A DNA stretch of 64,000 nucleotides from NCBI GenBank assembly GCA_030704615.1, contig CM060731.1:73346001-73410000 (forward strand). The letters run 5' to 3'. The notes under the pieces are model-generated. The model was not told the DNA's origin. It made no database searches and was given only the letters and a program-made list of their open reading frames with translations. This DNA comes from Takakia lepidozioides. Its lineage: Eukaryota; Plantae; Bryophyta. Position numbers and translations under genes: made by a program. Below are positions 47,231-61,794 of the stretch, one piece after another (the first letter of the stretch is position 1; each line of letters begins with the position of its first letter).

Positions 47231-50200
47231 GCGAATGGTAGGGTGGTACTGCTCTGTACAATGGGGACCCATTTCAGCCTACCAGCCATTGCAAAATTCA
47301 CCCACAAACGAAATGAGCAATGACGCATTCTCGGAACGATGGACACAGAATAGAATAAAAAGAGGGCACAATGAGGTTTTTATTGATCCACATGAATTGC
47401 ATTTGAAGCACGTCTACTGTGCTGATTGTGCCATCAAATATTTAGCCATGTGCCTACTGAATACAAGTCACGTTGTCAATGGGACTTCGACTGCTCTCAG
47501 AACTAGCTCATGAGTCATGGGGCTCCTCCATGTAAAGTCGATTGCAGCCGTTGTACCGCCCCTAGTGATGTTCACCACAATGTCCTGCCCTTCAATCATA
47601 CCACCATCGAATATGGAAATCTTCACGTTTTCGTCGTCCACACCAATGCGAATGTCCCCATACAATGGAGAAGAGGAGCGCACTCCTCGAGGAGAATAGG
47701 TCTCTCCGATGGAGTCCACCCACGTCCAGTGGCAGCAGTTCCACCGCAACAGCATAGCAGTGCGCCTTCTTCTGCATGGGTGACCGTCGTAGCTGGGAAA
47801 ATCGGAATCGAGGATGCGCAGGAGCCACGGACTCCTCAGACCAAGATCGTCACCCCGCTCGAAGGCGTAGTGGCCTACGATATACTCAAAGCCACCAATG
47901 TTTCCACAATCGAACCAGTATCTTCTGTGTAATCTGTGTACCAGATAACAATGTCTCCCGATGTGGCCGAATACCTTGCATAATCGATGCCTCCAAAGGG
48001 GCAGTCGTCCCGGTTCCGGAAGCACGACATCCTTGCAAAGGAGGACCTGAGGACGACTTGGATGCCGATGACCTTGCGGACAGCTACGAAGCCCTTAGAT
48101 TTTGGAAATGATACGAAGCGGAAGAGCAGTCCGGCCTCCAATAATGGAGCATCTGGGTCACACGTACCCACCGACGGAGGTGGAACGTGTTCATCACGCC
48201 AGCGGTGGATGAAGCCATACATCTTTCTCATCAACAAGTTATAGTTTGAGATCTGCCACCGAAGTCCATCCCCCCGGATGGAAATTCGGCGCCGCATTTA
48301 CATCGAAGAGGGGATGGACTTCGTCGTGTCCAGTGGCTATCGGCCCACCTGGCAGTGAGTGCCCATAGTTTGCATGGCAGGGTAGGAAACAGAAACGGCT
48401 ACATTCATGCAGCAGCCAATCTTCATCGGTCCAGGATCCTGTAGGGGGAAATTTAAATGTGCCCTGGAGTGTTTGTGAGGAATTGCAGCGTTAGCTTGAA
48501 CTTTTCCAGCCACCGCGCTGCTCCTCCTCCATCCGGGAGCTGCTGTCATTGAGCGTACTCCGCTACTCTTTTTCAAGGATGCCGTGCCGCCGAAATCCAG
48601 CCGACTGCCCTTATCATGGCCACGATTATGCTATGTTCAAACCAGAATCAGGAGACATCATTGTCTGGCTCTCTGTTTTCACAGACGCTGCTGGAATCAA
48701 GCAAGAGTCTTTGCGCGCAATGGAGTATCTGGAGGGCTATTACCGCTTTGAACGAGGTGAGGGCGAGGGTCAATGCGGTCCGTGGGTCCTGAAAATTGTT
48801 GACCTCGATATACCAAGCTGGAAAGGGATGCCGGATAGATCACGCACGGCCTCGCTTTGGCGCTAGAACTGCTGCCAGTGGACCAGGGAGGACGGCACCG
48901 GGGAAAACTATATACGTGCAGATCACTCTGCTCTTCCAGTGTATGGAGACATTCGGCTGCGTTGCGAAGACGAATCGCACGGGCACATGAGGCCCACAGT
49001 GACCTTGTCAATGTATGATGGTGGTATCATTGATGGACATGACATTGTCGTCGGCTCCAGCAAGGGCAGCAGAACGACCGAATTGCAGTTTACCTCGAGG
49101 TGCCGCAGCAGTGATGAGCTTGTTTTGAGGGGTATCGAAGTTCCGTCGACTTGGTGAAGCCCATGTAGAAGGAGGAAGGGCTTAGTTTTGTCTGCAGTTG
49201 ATAAATGAGAGACATCGTGTCCGATCAATAAACCCATCGTACCTCACTTCTATATGATTGTGTTTCATTGTGTTGAATAACTGTCGGAATTGGCCCACTG
49301 TTTACAATTTGATGTCTCATTTCTACAATGTGTCTGTCCGGATGAATATAGCAGAGTAACCGGTATGCGAGTCACGTGTCAAGAATATACCAGAGTAACG
49401 CCATGTCGGACATTGAAATGCGGCACCGCATTTCCATGTCGGCATCGAAATGCGGCGCCGCATTTCCATGTCCGACAAGAAAATGCGGTGCATCATTTCC
49501 GTCCAGGTACACGAAATACCAACACGGGTCTATAAATTGATCAGAAAACGAGGTTGGCATTGCAAATGCGGCGACGCATTTCCAGCTTGGCAATGGAAAC
49601 TTTTTTTTGGACAAGGGAATGCGGCGCCGCATTTCCGTACAACACTTCGAAAAGTGTGACATTTCCGACCAGCGCGATGGAATGCGTTACCGCATTTCCG
49701 AGAGAGGGTCTGCAAATGGACAAATTGCGATGTCCGTTCTGGAAATGCGGCGCCGCATTTCCATGTCCGTCATCGACTTTTTTTTAACAATGGAATGCGG
49801 TGCCAATTTTTTGCTGATGGGCCTGCAGTTCGAACAACGACCATCCCCAATACTGAAATGCGGCACCGCATTTTCAATCCCGCCATGTCGACCTCCTTGT
49901 TCGACCTCGTTGTTCGACCTCTGTAAGCGTGGTGGCATCCATGCAATGAGCGGGAGAGGCCAAAACTGGCGTGTGGACAAAGGAAATTTTGGAAATGCGG
50001 CACCGCATTTCCAATTCAGATTACTTTTTACTATGCCAACATTGAAATGGAAAATTTAGTCCCTCCCCTGTTTTGGAAATGCGGTGCCGCATTTCCAAAA
50101 GAGGTTCTTAGAGTTGCCAAAATTTTGGAAATGCGGTGCCCCATTTCTGATTTTGGGAGCGTCGTGGTTTGGGCGATTGTGTGGCTGGAATGCACACTGG

Positions 50201-51672
50201 AGAGGGGTCACAAATGTCGGGCAGAATTTCCTTTATATACTCTGGAAGAGAATTTACATTTACAGAGACTTCATTAAAATTCTATTAATCTTGAAAATCA
50301 TCCGAATCCTCATCCTGTTCTAGACTGTCCTGCTCCTCCTCCACCCCCTCAGTGCCTCTCTCATCTCCAGCGGACTGCTCGTTGGCCAGGCTTTCGAAAA
50401 TCCCATCTTCCCCTTGCGGAACTGTCCATCTCACCTCCGTTGGGTCGTCTTCCTCCCTGTCTGCGTCGTTCTCATCCGCTGAATCACATATGTACTTTCG
50501 TACCCGTCTACCTGTCTGAGCTGCTGCCAACTCTTTCCTTATCCTTCTGTCCTCCCTAGCCCTCTCCAAAATCTGCTCTACTTTACTGGGATTCTCACTT
50601 CTTCTAATCGCTGTATTTGCGAGTTTAGCTGCATAACTAGGAAGGGAGTAGTCCCTCACCGGGCTCGTCATGAAATCGGCCCTCGCAAAGAACGGGACAT
50701 TCTTCCTGGCAGGAAGTTTAGGCCCTACATGTTTCGACCCGGACCCTACAATCCTGCACATGACAATCATCAACGAGACTAATGAGAACCACAGTCGGGA
50801 AATTCGTTTGACATAAATGACCCAGAAGGCTTTGCAAACTTACAATGTTTGCACTCACTCGTATTTCGGGTTCTCCTCCGCATCAATGTCCACTGTGTCT
50901 TCCTCGGACTCCGACGAATCCGAGGAGACTTCCGCTCTGTCGGGAGCCTTCACATTCCGTTGCAGCCCCTCCAGATGGGATCCCCACACGGATGAATCCT
51001 CCTCGTAGGCAAAGAGGTGCCGGTCGGAAAACCGCCCAGCCCACATTGAGGCACCTGTTACAATGCCATCCACACATTACCACATGACGCTTCACATGTT
51101 GCGAACTACATCCTAACGAGAATTTGCAGAACAGCAGAGATCAAGATTCTGCATACCTGTCCCACAGATGAGGTCGAGCACTGTGCCCTCCACGTCTGTG
51201 CATGTCTCCATAATTGTTTGAATGAAGGCAGGGCTCCGAGTCCGTGAGTACCGCAGGGGTTCCGTTGAAGTGAGGCTATGAGGGAGAAGTTCCTTGGGAA
51301 CGTTGTTGAACAGAACGTTGTAATCGAGTGGGTCGCAGTTCGGGTCAACCTTTCCTCCCTCCTTCCGGAAAGCAAAGGTGGAGTTCTCCTTCACAAAGCA
51401 ATATGCATCGAACTGCTTCGTCTGCATACACAGGGGGAAAACGATTAGAAACCGAATGCGGCACCGCATTTGAAAACACCCAAGCAAATGAATGGACGAG
51501 TGCCAGTGTCGTAATCACCTTCTTCCCTTCCGACCGAAGGCCCAGTGTGTTGATGCACGTCCACTTCTTTTTCAGAATCGGGACGGCGCTCTTGCGGGTC
51601 CACTTCGCAATTCCTATCTGAGTGTTTTTTCCTCTGCTCGCCAGGACAACCACATAGCCTCTGTCGTCCAAC
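47231..51672 (+). mobile_element. MULE copy 3, partial (matches copy-1 ~15985-11590 reversed), truncated inside the MTase exon
   Basis: Contains paralog A (47468-48030, frameshift), paralog B (48579-49157, TGG>TAG at 48864), a palindrome cluster (49416-50147) and MTase 3' exons (50285-51672). Similarity ends abruptly at ~51672. Confidence 0.9.
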
Positions 51673-52269
51673 AACTGCCTCGGGAACATGAACCACCATG
51701 AATCGCATTTCAAACGCATCAAAAACCTGCCAACCTCCGTTGCTAATGAATTAATTCAAGAGAGCTTACCCTAGGCCGAGTAAACGAGTACTAAGATCTT
51801 TAATTATATATCAAGAAAGCTGCCATCAAGGATCATATCTCTAGCCAACGACTCAACAGGTGGTTGCACGCCAATGGTCGCCAGACCTATTCAGTAATGA
51901 TGGAATTTCAAAAGAAACGATGTAAATAAAACTAGTTGCATCTCAACATTCTCCATTACATGTGCCAAGGGGGTGGCCTGAAGCCTATGCGAAGACAGAC
52001 CCGGGAAAAGAGATGGTCCAGAATCAAAGTGATAGAATAGATTGAATGTCAAAAGAATATGAGAAGATTCGCCTGCAGTCTCTGTCCCTAGTTCATAACG
52101 AAACTTCAGGGACTGTACGAAACTATACACGACTTGCGTGAGCTGTGTCTTTCAGGTTCTTGTGCTTGAAATGTAGTTTGTTAAGAGGAAGCCACACATA
52201 CCCACGCCCCAAGTGCTCCGACAGGTACGCCAGTTGAGGGAATTATTTCGGGCAATACAGGCAGCTCAA

Positions 52270-52530
52270 AGTAAAATGACGACGATGATGTGGCATGACG
52301 ACGATGACGTGTTGATGATGACATGGCACTATGGCACTCTATTCACGCTCCACGCTAAACTAGCTCTCGACCTTCGGTCGTCGCTAGAACTAGCGCTTCG
52401 CGTTGCTCCGGGCACTAGGTACTAGCAACGACTTCTGAGAACAACGTCTAGATAGATGGGCTATATTCAACTTTTATAGGGTGCCATCGTCATCGCCACG
52501 TTTGGTAGCCACGTCATCATCGTCAAATGT
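52270..52530. repeat. Small imperfect inverted-repeat element (MITE-like)
   Basis: TGACGACGATGATGTGGCA near 52276 pairs with TAGCCACGTCATCATCGTCA near 52506. No TSD confirmed. Confidence 0.35.
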
Positions 52531-54834
52531 TTTGAAACGTGCCCGGGCATGTGCGCGGACATGGTGGATGCTACACAACCTTTTTCACGGATTTGTATCG
52601 ATGGGAGAAGCCGAGAAGATCAGCAATCCAAAGCAATTGTAAGTCGCCATCGAGGTCGTCGTCCACAGTAGAAATCTAAAAATCCCTCAAAGTTTTGAAG
52701 AGCGTCAGAATGACCCGTTGGAAACCCTTTTGTGGACTTCGCGCAGGGTCCTTTGGGACTCGTCTGGAAACTGCCTGCGCTATGCTCCTCAAGTCAAACG
52801 AAGCTGAGATGTGGAAAGGATATGAAAGAGGATCAGACCTTGCTCTTCTTGCTTCCTGCTCCGTGTCCGCGCTCTCTCACAGGCACATGAATGGCAGGGT
52901 GCACCGGCGTTCTCCTGTGTGGGCGGCAAGGAGACTTCAAAATCATGACGCTGTCTTCTCCTTGCACTGAACGGGCGGGCGGCCTCACATCATACAGGAA
53001 TTTCACGGGCTCTGTGCAGCTGAAATCGGCAGCCAGCTTTGCAATGTGGAGCCCAAGGCGCTTACAAGTGATGGCTGTGACGTCTGCCCAGTCTACAGGA
53101 AAACCGGGAAATGGTATAACCTGGAAATCTCTGCATACTTTTTGGGTTTTCTACCCTGTTTTGCGGGGAAATGACCAGCGATTTCGTTCTCAGGTTGTTA
53201 TGGAAGGGCTTGTGCACTGCCCACGGTATTCGCTGCAAGTTTGAAGAAGTGCAAGCATTTTGAGTTCAGGAAGGTTACCTAGTATGTGAAAGACATCGTT
53301 GAGGTCCTTCTAGTGCAGTGCATATCCACAATTGCTAATGAAGACGAACTAGAGGCAGAGAGAGATGCACTCAATAGGAGTGTTGGTTGAGGGCATAGTC
53401 CCCCAGATATGGCAGCCAGCTGTGGGGATTTCTACCCACCAGTTAGATACTCACCCTAAAGCCATAGCGCCTGCATGCAGCCAGAGGACAATCCAGCTAC
53501 ATGGAGCTGAGGGTTGGCGGAATGGCTGGTATAGACGTATAGACCTCATGCTACAAACCTCAATGTCAACTTCTACAATGCTACTCTAGCTCCCAATCCG
53601 ACAATGTGACACATGCGGCTGTGAGGGCACAGTCTTTCACATTCGATGTCACCAAGGTAGGTTCTGTCCCTCGTGTTCTGCTCAAACTGGGCGAGTGGTC
53701 AATTGCCACAAGGCTACGAAACAATGTCTTATGAGTACATTCTCCTGGAAATACCCCAATTCAGCAGACAGAAATCTCAAGCAACGAACGACCTTCCCAG
53801 AAACGGCATCTAACTAAGTTTAAATGCAGCAGAAATCGTGAACACCATGATAAAAGGTACATCCCACTACTGGAGCGAACCAACTGCCTTATTGAGGGCA
53901 TCCATATCCTCTCTCTTTTTGTCGAATGAAGTTAGGCAGAATACTTCTCTGGACTTTCTGTGACATGGGCGAGGAAATCATGGATGACCTCAAGGGTTTA
54001 TCCACCCTCGGCTCTAGACTAAATTTAAACTCAGGACGGGAAGCCTACCTTTGAACAGCAAACAGATGCAGGCATTTCCTCGACATGGCATGTGGAATTC
54101 AGCAGGTAATTTTCGATCTTGGGCCTGGCTCTCTTCTCTCTCGCTCGTCAATTAGCGGCCATAATAGAAGGACAACGACGTTGTTGGAATGCAGTGGGCA
54201 TTCTAACTCAATTAACCTAAAACTGAGGAACTTTCTAGGATTTGAAGAGGACCTTCCTCTCCCTTTGTCAGGGGCTGACGTCGCTAGTAAGACTTACCTT
54301 GGAATAAACAATTGATCCGAGGTTCAGGCACATTCCCCTTGATGGATTTGAAGAGGGCGTCTCTCTCGTGAGAGTACCCAGGACAATGAATCAGAAAAAG
54401 AATGTTGGCTTCAAGTTGCCCACACAAACGGGCATTTGCAATCGTCCTATCTGCATTTATTTAGTGGAGGAGAGCATTTGACGAAAGACCCCACTCATCT
54501 GCACGCACCGCTTGGTCTAATTCTTCCTTCCTTAGACTGAAGTAGCCATTTAACTTCCCCACCACGCGCTAACTGTTACCCTCCCCTGATACAGAGGCGT
54601 GGGGCATGGGGGGGTTGCGAGCGCTCCGATTCATAGTCGGGCCACAAGGCCGATGACAACGACTCCAGTGCCTCCACATCCCACATGGTGCACTGCCTCC
54701 CCTGCACAGTTATACCCTATAAATGCACTAGTCCTCTATACCAGCTTATGGTTTTGTTTTCTTTTCGTTTTTGTTTTTTGTGACAAAAAGGGAAATACCC
54801 ATGAGCGATCGCTCACAAATTAGGCCCCCTAATT

Positions 54835-55140
54835 GTGGTGAGAGGAGAAATAACCTCTTTCATAGTAACATTGCCTCTGGCTAGACGTGCCCTGGTTCTC
54901 AAGCAAGTTCTATTGGCCTCTGTTTGGTACTTTGCTGCAGTTTGTCACCTTGGCTCGGATATTGTTAGTTGCCTCAAACAGCTCATGCGTAATTTTTTGC
55001 GGGGAGCCACCCCTTCAGCTCCAAACAGAAGATCCTTGGTCTCATGCGCTCAAGTCTGCAAGAGTAAGTAGGATGGTGGTAGTCTTGGCATCATCAATCC
55101 CGAACACCAAATCACTGCTTTGTTGGCCAAATGGATGATT
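54835..55140 (+). pseudogene. L1-type LINE ORF2 fragment (region C-terminal to the RT)
   Basis: R.LV.K.VL.A...Y......L...MRNFL.G....LV....VC.SK..GGLGI..P.....ALLAKW signature across two frames. Confidence 0.65.
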
Positions 55141-56576
55141 CCCCAGATCTTTTCAGCACTCGGCCAGCCTTTGGTTTTTACTCATTCGCCAGCACATGGT
55201 CAACTCAGCTCCCACTTCCTCCCATCCTCGGTCTCCTTCGCTCAATTGCTGCTTCACAGTAATTCTAGGATTGCCAAGTTGCCAAGGGGAAACAGTGGAG
55301 GGGGACACGGAGATCTCGCCATGCTGGTGGAGGGAGTTCGATCTAGAGACATAATTAATTGGGAAACATAAAGGTCCTATGACCGATGTTAAAAACATAA
55401 AAGCCCCATAACCGCGGGTTGTGCTCAAGCTGTGCCCAACCACCGCTGATAGTACGCTCACACGTGAACTATGGCCAACCTGCAGCTGCAGCAACGGCCA
55501 CCTGCAAACTCAGCACGGACCAAGCTTTGGATCCCCTGCAAACACAAGAAGGAAGAAGCCTTGGATGCTGCAAACACAGGACGGCAGAAGCTTTGGAAAA
55601 CGGTCCCTTGTCCTTTCACGCTTGTGATTCAACAAACATACTTAGGTGCAGCCAAGTTAGCCACGACTAAGTATGTGTGTCAACATAATCAAAGACGAAT
55701 CGGACAGGCGTTACAAAATCTATATATAATCTGCACCCACAATACTCGGATCATTCTTCAGCCATAGTTCAGCAGCAAATAAAGAAACTAGAGACAACCC
55801 AAAACAGAAAAAAGGGTGGGCATCATCTCCAGGAATGTAGGCCCTCCCAATTTGGGTGGATCGGCTTCACATGAAACGCACTGTAGACGGTGCCGCCCCC
55901 TTCATTGCCGCACGTTGTCCCCTCCAAGGAATTATTGCAGCAGAGCAAGTGCTTTTTGCCGACGTGCACACAATCGTGGAACGGTTGCCTGCGGATGGAT
56001 CGAGCGCAGAATATGAGAGAAGAAATCATGTGGGTGCCATGCAGATCGTTGCAGAAATGCTACAATCCGTAGGGCAGGCCTGGCTCGAAGTTCTGGGTCT
56101 GTGAATGTAGGTGGGTTGTGCAGCTGATTCGTCCGACAGGTTGGAAGGTACCGCCTGAAGCTGGAGTTCCGACCTTGTATATTTGGAAGAGTCAAGTGTG
56201 AGGTCATGATAACAAATGCGTAATCCTCGAGAGGAGGAATGAGGGGGTCTACAGATTCGCTGCAGATTGCTGTCTCTATGTGCAGGTGCTAAGGCCGAGT
56301 TGTGAGCTCTTTTGGTTTGTGACAGAAGGAGAGAGAGGGGTAGAGTGGAGAGGGTGAGGAGTTGGATGAGCAACAGACAGGGGATGCTGGTTCTATGAGC
56401 TGACTGCGACGGGGTTCTGATGCGAGTCGAAATCGGGTCACAGTAAAACCTGTTGCTTTACCGCAACAGATCAGTGAGACACCTGTAAGATTTCAGCTTT
56501 TCACCAGTAGTGTCAATCTACAAAGAGTGTTTGGGGAGCCGTTCCAAGCCGGACATTTGTGCCAATTGGATCCAGG

Positions 56577-59500
56577 ATGGTGACGAAGTCCAGGCGTAAT
56601 TGTTTGGTTTACGAGGAGATGAAGACAGAGGGATCAGATCTTCTGACGGAAGCAGATGAGGAGAAAGACGTACAATTTGATGTTGTTGGTGGCTATGGGG
56701 ATGACAACCTTCAAGCTGTGGTGAACAAGCTTTCCGTCTCCAATGGTTTGCCTCCCAAGATCCCGTTGTGCAGGATGATTCTTAATTCAAAAGTCCGTCC
56801 CATCATTGGTGCCCATGCTGGAGACATGTTGCGGGATTCCTTCCTCATGAATGGCTATATGGAAGGTTGTGGGTATTTCTTTGTTTCTGCAACAGACGAG
56901 GATGAGGAACCTGCGCTAGTGACAGACGAGATTAGAGAAACTTGGAGCTCATATTGGAAGGAAGTCAATGACGACTTCGACCATGAGTGCAAGAGAAACA
57001 AGCAATGGAGCTGGCTAAAGAATAGAATGTTCTACGTATGGGATGGCAACCACAGGTTGCAGACCTGGCTGAAGCTCATCAATTCAGTGAAGGCTACCGA
57101 GAAGGCATGGCACATCCGCGTGGACTGCAAGATTCTGCGATGCACGTCCAAAGACATTGGCATGCTCAAGGCTGCAATGCTCCAAACTAATGCGTAAGTT
57201 CTCTAATTTGGCCTCCAATTCTCATCCTTTCATTGGCATACATGACACATATTCAACCTTTCATGGCATTCCCATCTCTCTATTTTGGCAGTCAAGGCCT
57301 TGGATTTTACATTTCATCATGTACATTGCTAAGGCTTTCTCAGTTCCCAAAGGTTGGTGTAGCCATCCCATTCCTTTGCTATATCTATTTTTGTGCCTAA
57401 AGACAGTGTGGGGGACTATCACTCAATTGCAGGCTCAATGAGCACGGCTTCGTAAGGACTGAAGATATTCACAACTTGTGGCACATTCAGATGATTGGGA
57501 CAAGTCCAGTGACACAGTATGAAGGATTCTTGCCTAAATACCTCTACGACAAATCACTTCGCAAAGAACCGGGCAGGACTTGGTATTCGATGACACAAGA
57601 AGCAATCATTGAGATCCTTGCCCATGTGAGTGGTGTAAGTGGTTGCGACAATGAGTTCTGGTAACAAAATTTGCTTGAGTGATTGAGTTCCGGTTTGCCT
57701 TAGTATCATGATTCAGTTTTTTTTCACCACTGTCAGTCATAATGGGGCAAGATGTATTGAACTTGAGCAGGGCAACATTATGAAGGCACTTGCAAGAGCA
57801 AAGTTTGAGTATGATCAACACACCCCTGCAGAGGCGCGTACCAAAGAAGGGTTAGTTCGGAAACTGGAGGAGGCTCGGTGTGCAGCGCGATTGGAAACAT
57901 CCAAGCAAATGACCAAAAAGCTGCCCATTTGCGATCCTAACAATGGATCAGAGTTTTTACCTACCCTACAAGCCTGCTATGAGGCAGGCAAACGGATTGG
58001 AGTAGAAAGGGCGTACGATATTGCCACGAGTGAGGTGCCGTCAAAGACAAAAGTTGAGTGGTTAAAACTGCATATGGAGACAGTCGAGAAACAAGAGGAA
58101 GCTTTCATGCCAGTGGGAACTGGTTTAACCAACAAGTCCCTTGAGGCTTGGATGGCAAAAGAGACGTGGTGGCATGAGGTATGATGCGAGACATAGTTTC
58201 TCCATGTATGTATATGTATATTCCATACAGGACTGAGACATTGTGTGAACTGCAGGTCATCACAGAAGCAATTGTACTGTTTGGTAGCCTAGAAAAGCAC
58301 GGGGAGGTGGTCTCCGGTGTGTCAGCTGCTTCACTGGAAGGGTGGATATTGACATGGAAAAAGAAAGCTTACAACAAGCTTTTTTTAAAGGAGACGGCAT
58401 CACATAGAAGAACAATGCTCTTATCAGATGAGACTGGTGGCCCTCGGGCTGCCAAACGATTGCTGTACAGGTGGTGAATCTTCCCTTTGTGACTTTATGG
58501 GCTCCTCTCCTCAAGAGTAGACCACGCAACAGTGCCACACAAGCTTCATCCTTGCTGTACCTGCAAAAACTATTTGTGGAATGTTGCAAATGGCTTTGCC
58601 CCACAAAGTTGGAAAGAGAATGGTCTTGCAGGTTGTGAAATGAACATTGGTATGGGTTGCTAAAGATGCTATGAAGGTTGATAACAAAATGTCTACTGTT
58701 GTTCACAGCTTGGCGGGCCAAGGGGGTCTGATGTGAGGAAGGGAACCATGCAGGTACCTATTTGAAAATTTAACTGAGCTGCCCCTCATAGCCCAGGGCT
58801 GGGCCACTGATGAGGACGAAACCATTAGCATGTACACCATGGATCAACTACAGTATATGGAAGAGAGGGCGATCATTGTTTGTCCTTGGTCCATTGACTA
58901 TCCAGAGAATGAGGCTCCAGCCGAGGACAAGGGAAAGATGGAGATGATGGAGAAGAGAAGAGGCAGACATCCTTTGAAAATAGCTGATAAGATAAAAGAG
59001 AGAGTTAAACGCAAAGCAGCAATTGTCGCAGCTGCTAAACTAGAAGAAGACCGGATGCAGGAACCCAAAACCCCCAACCCTTCTAAGTTGAGAAGGCAAT
59101 ACATGTTGAAAAAACGTGGAAAACAGCAAAGTACCCAACACACTGATGACAGGGTGGAGTCTGAGCGAACATCACCCAGTCTTGACACAGTTGACGTATT
59201 GCCTGCAAAGAGACAACGGGGTTCAATATGCGCACAATCGCCGGTAGTTTGGGCTGCAAGATATGTTGGCACTGCTAGTGGTCCACCGAATAGCACCGTT
59301 TTGTGCTTGTGCGCACATGTTGACGAGCTTGTGACCACTCCTCTTGGAGAACAGAAAAACAATGTTGTCGATGAATTGTATTCATTCCTTCATTCCTTGA
59401 CAGATGGTCGGAGCTTGTTCCAACATGGAAATAGGAACTGGCAGACGGCCAATTTGATTTTGTATGAAGCACCTGATGGTCAGTGTGTGGGCAAAGATGA

Positions 59501-60569
59501 TGAAGGGGACGTTCCAGCATGGAATGAGTACAAATATACAAATGTGGTGAAAGCTTTTGACTTTGCTGGCAAGTACTTGGTTGACAATGGGTGTTTCGTC
59601 CTCATTGCATCTAATGATCCGGGAATGAGGACCATTATTTACAAGCTGATAGAGCAGAAGAAGATGGAGCTGTTTCGAACATGGACTTGCATGAATGACA
59701 AACCCCTACATTGCAATTCTGGGAAGGTAAGGATTCTTGCATCTGAGATGACTGGTATTGGATTTATCATTATCTGAATATTAATTGCTGCATTTTGTGC
59801 TGCACATATTCCCAAGTCAGATGGTGAGGGTAAGCAAGTGTAATTTTTGCGCAGACGAAGTTTTTTGATGCACATTGCATAATATGGGACGACTCAGAGT
59901 TCACACTGCGTGAGCAAGCGGCACTTTTGGATGAAGACAATGACGGCTTCAAGGCCGACTTTATTAGAAACTGTTTGCCTGATTCTGAGCTGACCAGGCC
60001 TGCCCAATCCAAGCACTCCTACAGGGGGGCAAAGGAGAAGTCACCTGCATTCTATCAAACAATTATGGAACTGTGTTGTGCAGAGGGCGACAGGATTATT
60101 GATCTCACAGCTTCCACAGGTAAATATGTTGAGTATGCAAATGTTGCTTGTTGCCGACCTTGTTGGCATATTCTGCCCACAAAGATCCGCAATACTTGGA
60201 AGTACTGAACATGAACATGAGCACTTAGACCCTCTACATGGATTGAATCAACAACTTTTAATGCATACATTGCAATTCCTATGTACAGGAAACTCTGTGA
60301 AAGCGGCCATTGCTACAGGAAGACACATAGCAGCTTTTGAGGCTGATGAAGCTCTGTACTCTGATGTACTTGCACCCCTCGACAACATTGTGAGGTGTGA
60401 GGACAACATGGAGAGGAGAAAGAGTATCGGAACAAAAAGCAATTCCAAACGGAAGGTCAATTATGGCGGGGAGAGCGTTTCGGGCAGTGCAGTTGGAGGC
60501 TGCCTGTTAAGTGAGCCATTACAGACTGTCAACGGTAGTTGCATATGCAGGACAGGTTATGAGTTATGA
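56577..60569 (+). CDS. Third ParB-like + beta-class DNA MTase-like gene, apparently intact, multi-exon
   Basis: IPLCRM...VRP...F..NGY...FFV...FYVWDGNHRLQTW; LILYEAPDG; EKSPAFYQTIMELCCAEGDRIIDLTASTG|NSVKAAIATGRHIAAFEAD. Intron positions shared with the MULE cargo. Start and end approximate. Confidence 0.8.
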
Positions 60570-61794
60570 CATGCATCAACTTATCTTTTGTTGGGTTGTA
60601 TTTTGCAAGACTTTGACATGTTGCACCCATATTGATTTGATGATGGTTCATGTTCCAGTTTGGGTTTTCTAGTGGGGCCTGTGCATAGCCAAAGCCCACC
60701 AAACCTCTAGCCCAGGCCCTGCACTTGGCAGAGTGATGGGTCCTCCTCTATATACACCCTCGCAGGTGGCGGCAGTTCCTTCAGGAAAGCCCTAGTAGGA
60801 GTGCCCCACCGCCTCACCAGAAGTGGTTCCTACTTCTCTGCTCTCCTACACACATGGCCTGATAAATTAGCCATTCCTACACCCCCTGCCATCCGACCCC
60901 ATTGGCTGCTCCCTTTTCTTTACCTTCAAAACAACCTCCTTTGCAGATTCTGGGGTGCATATTCCGAGTCACCAGAATTTGTTCCAAGCACAATTTCTTT
61001 GGCTGCGCACAAGCGGATATAATAGTTTTGTTTTGAACTTGTTTAGTTGAATTGCAGCAGAGGCATCCAACCGGGACAGGAGACGAGAACCTTTAGAGAC
61101 AGACTGATGGTATATTTTGATGTAGATTATCCTTTGTGAGAAAGCAGATTAACCTGTACAATAGAGCAGGTCTGATTCCAGAGGGAAGGAAAAGTGCCAA
61201 GGTTGCCAAGGTTGTAGCAATGATCGGTCTATTTTCGTTTCATGTTATTTGTGGTAGCTATGGGTTTTAGAGCCCAAGTGGTTGTCATTTGTGATCATTC
61301 TGAGCTGTTCGATCTGATTGTTGGCTGTATGGACATATGCTACCTCAGCTATGTCTGTACCTGCCAAAACATGGAGAAGTGTCACTCTATCAGCCAGTGT
61401 GGTTCAGTTAGTTGTGAAAACAAATATTTGTAAGAAGATACATCGAAGACTTAGAGCATGCTTCCCAATGACATTTCTTTACATGTTTCAATTGAATTGG
61501 AAAATGTTCCATGTCTCCATAATGTACAAATGCATGTACACCAATCAGTCACTCCTGCACATCCTTGTTGTAATAGAAATAAGATGGTGCTCTCTGAGAA
61601 CCAGCATGTATATCTTGGGCCGTGAAGCCCCTGTAGTCCCCCTTTACACTTGCAGTGCAAACCTCCAGCATCTTTCTTAACAACCGCCTTTCCTTCAAAT
61701 AAGCCTGGTCCCTGAACTCTGCCAAAGGCATCCACTGACCATAAGACCACAAATGATAATTTGTTAGCTGAGAAGAGGAGAGGAAGACTCTTAC

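Noticed and set aside
46528-47346. Long ORFs spanning the N run
   Set aside because: Artefacts of the assembly gap.
52695-54500. Possible decayed retroelement coding fragments
   Set aside because: No convincing RT, RNase H or integrase motif could be read.
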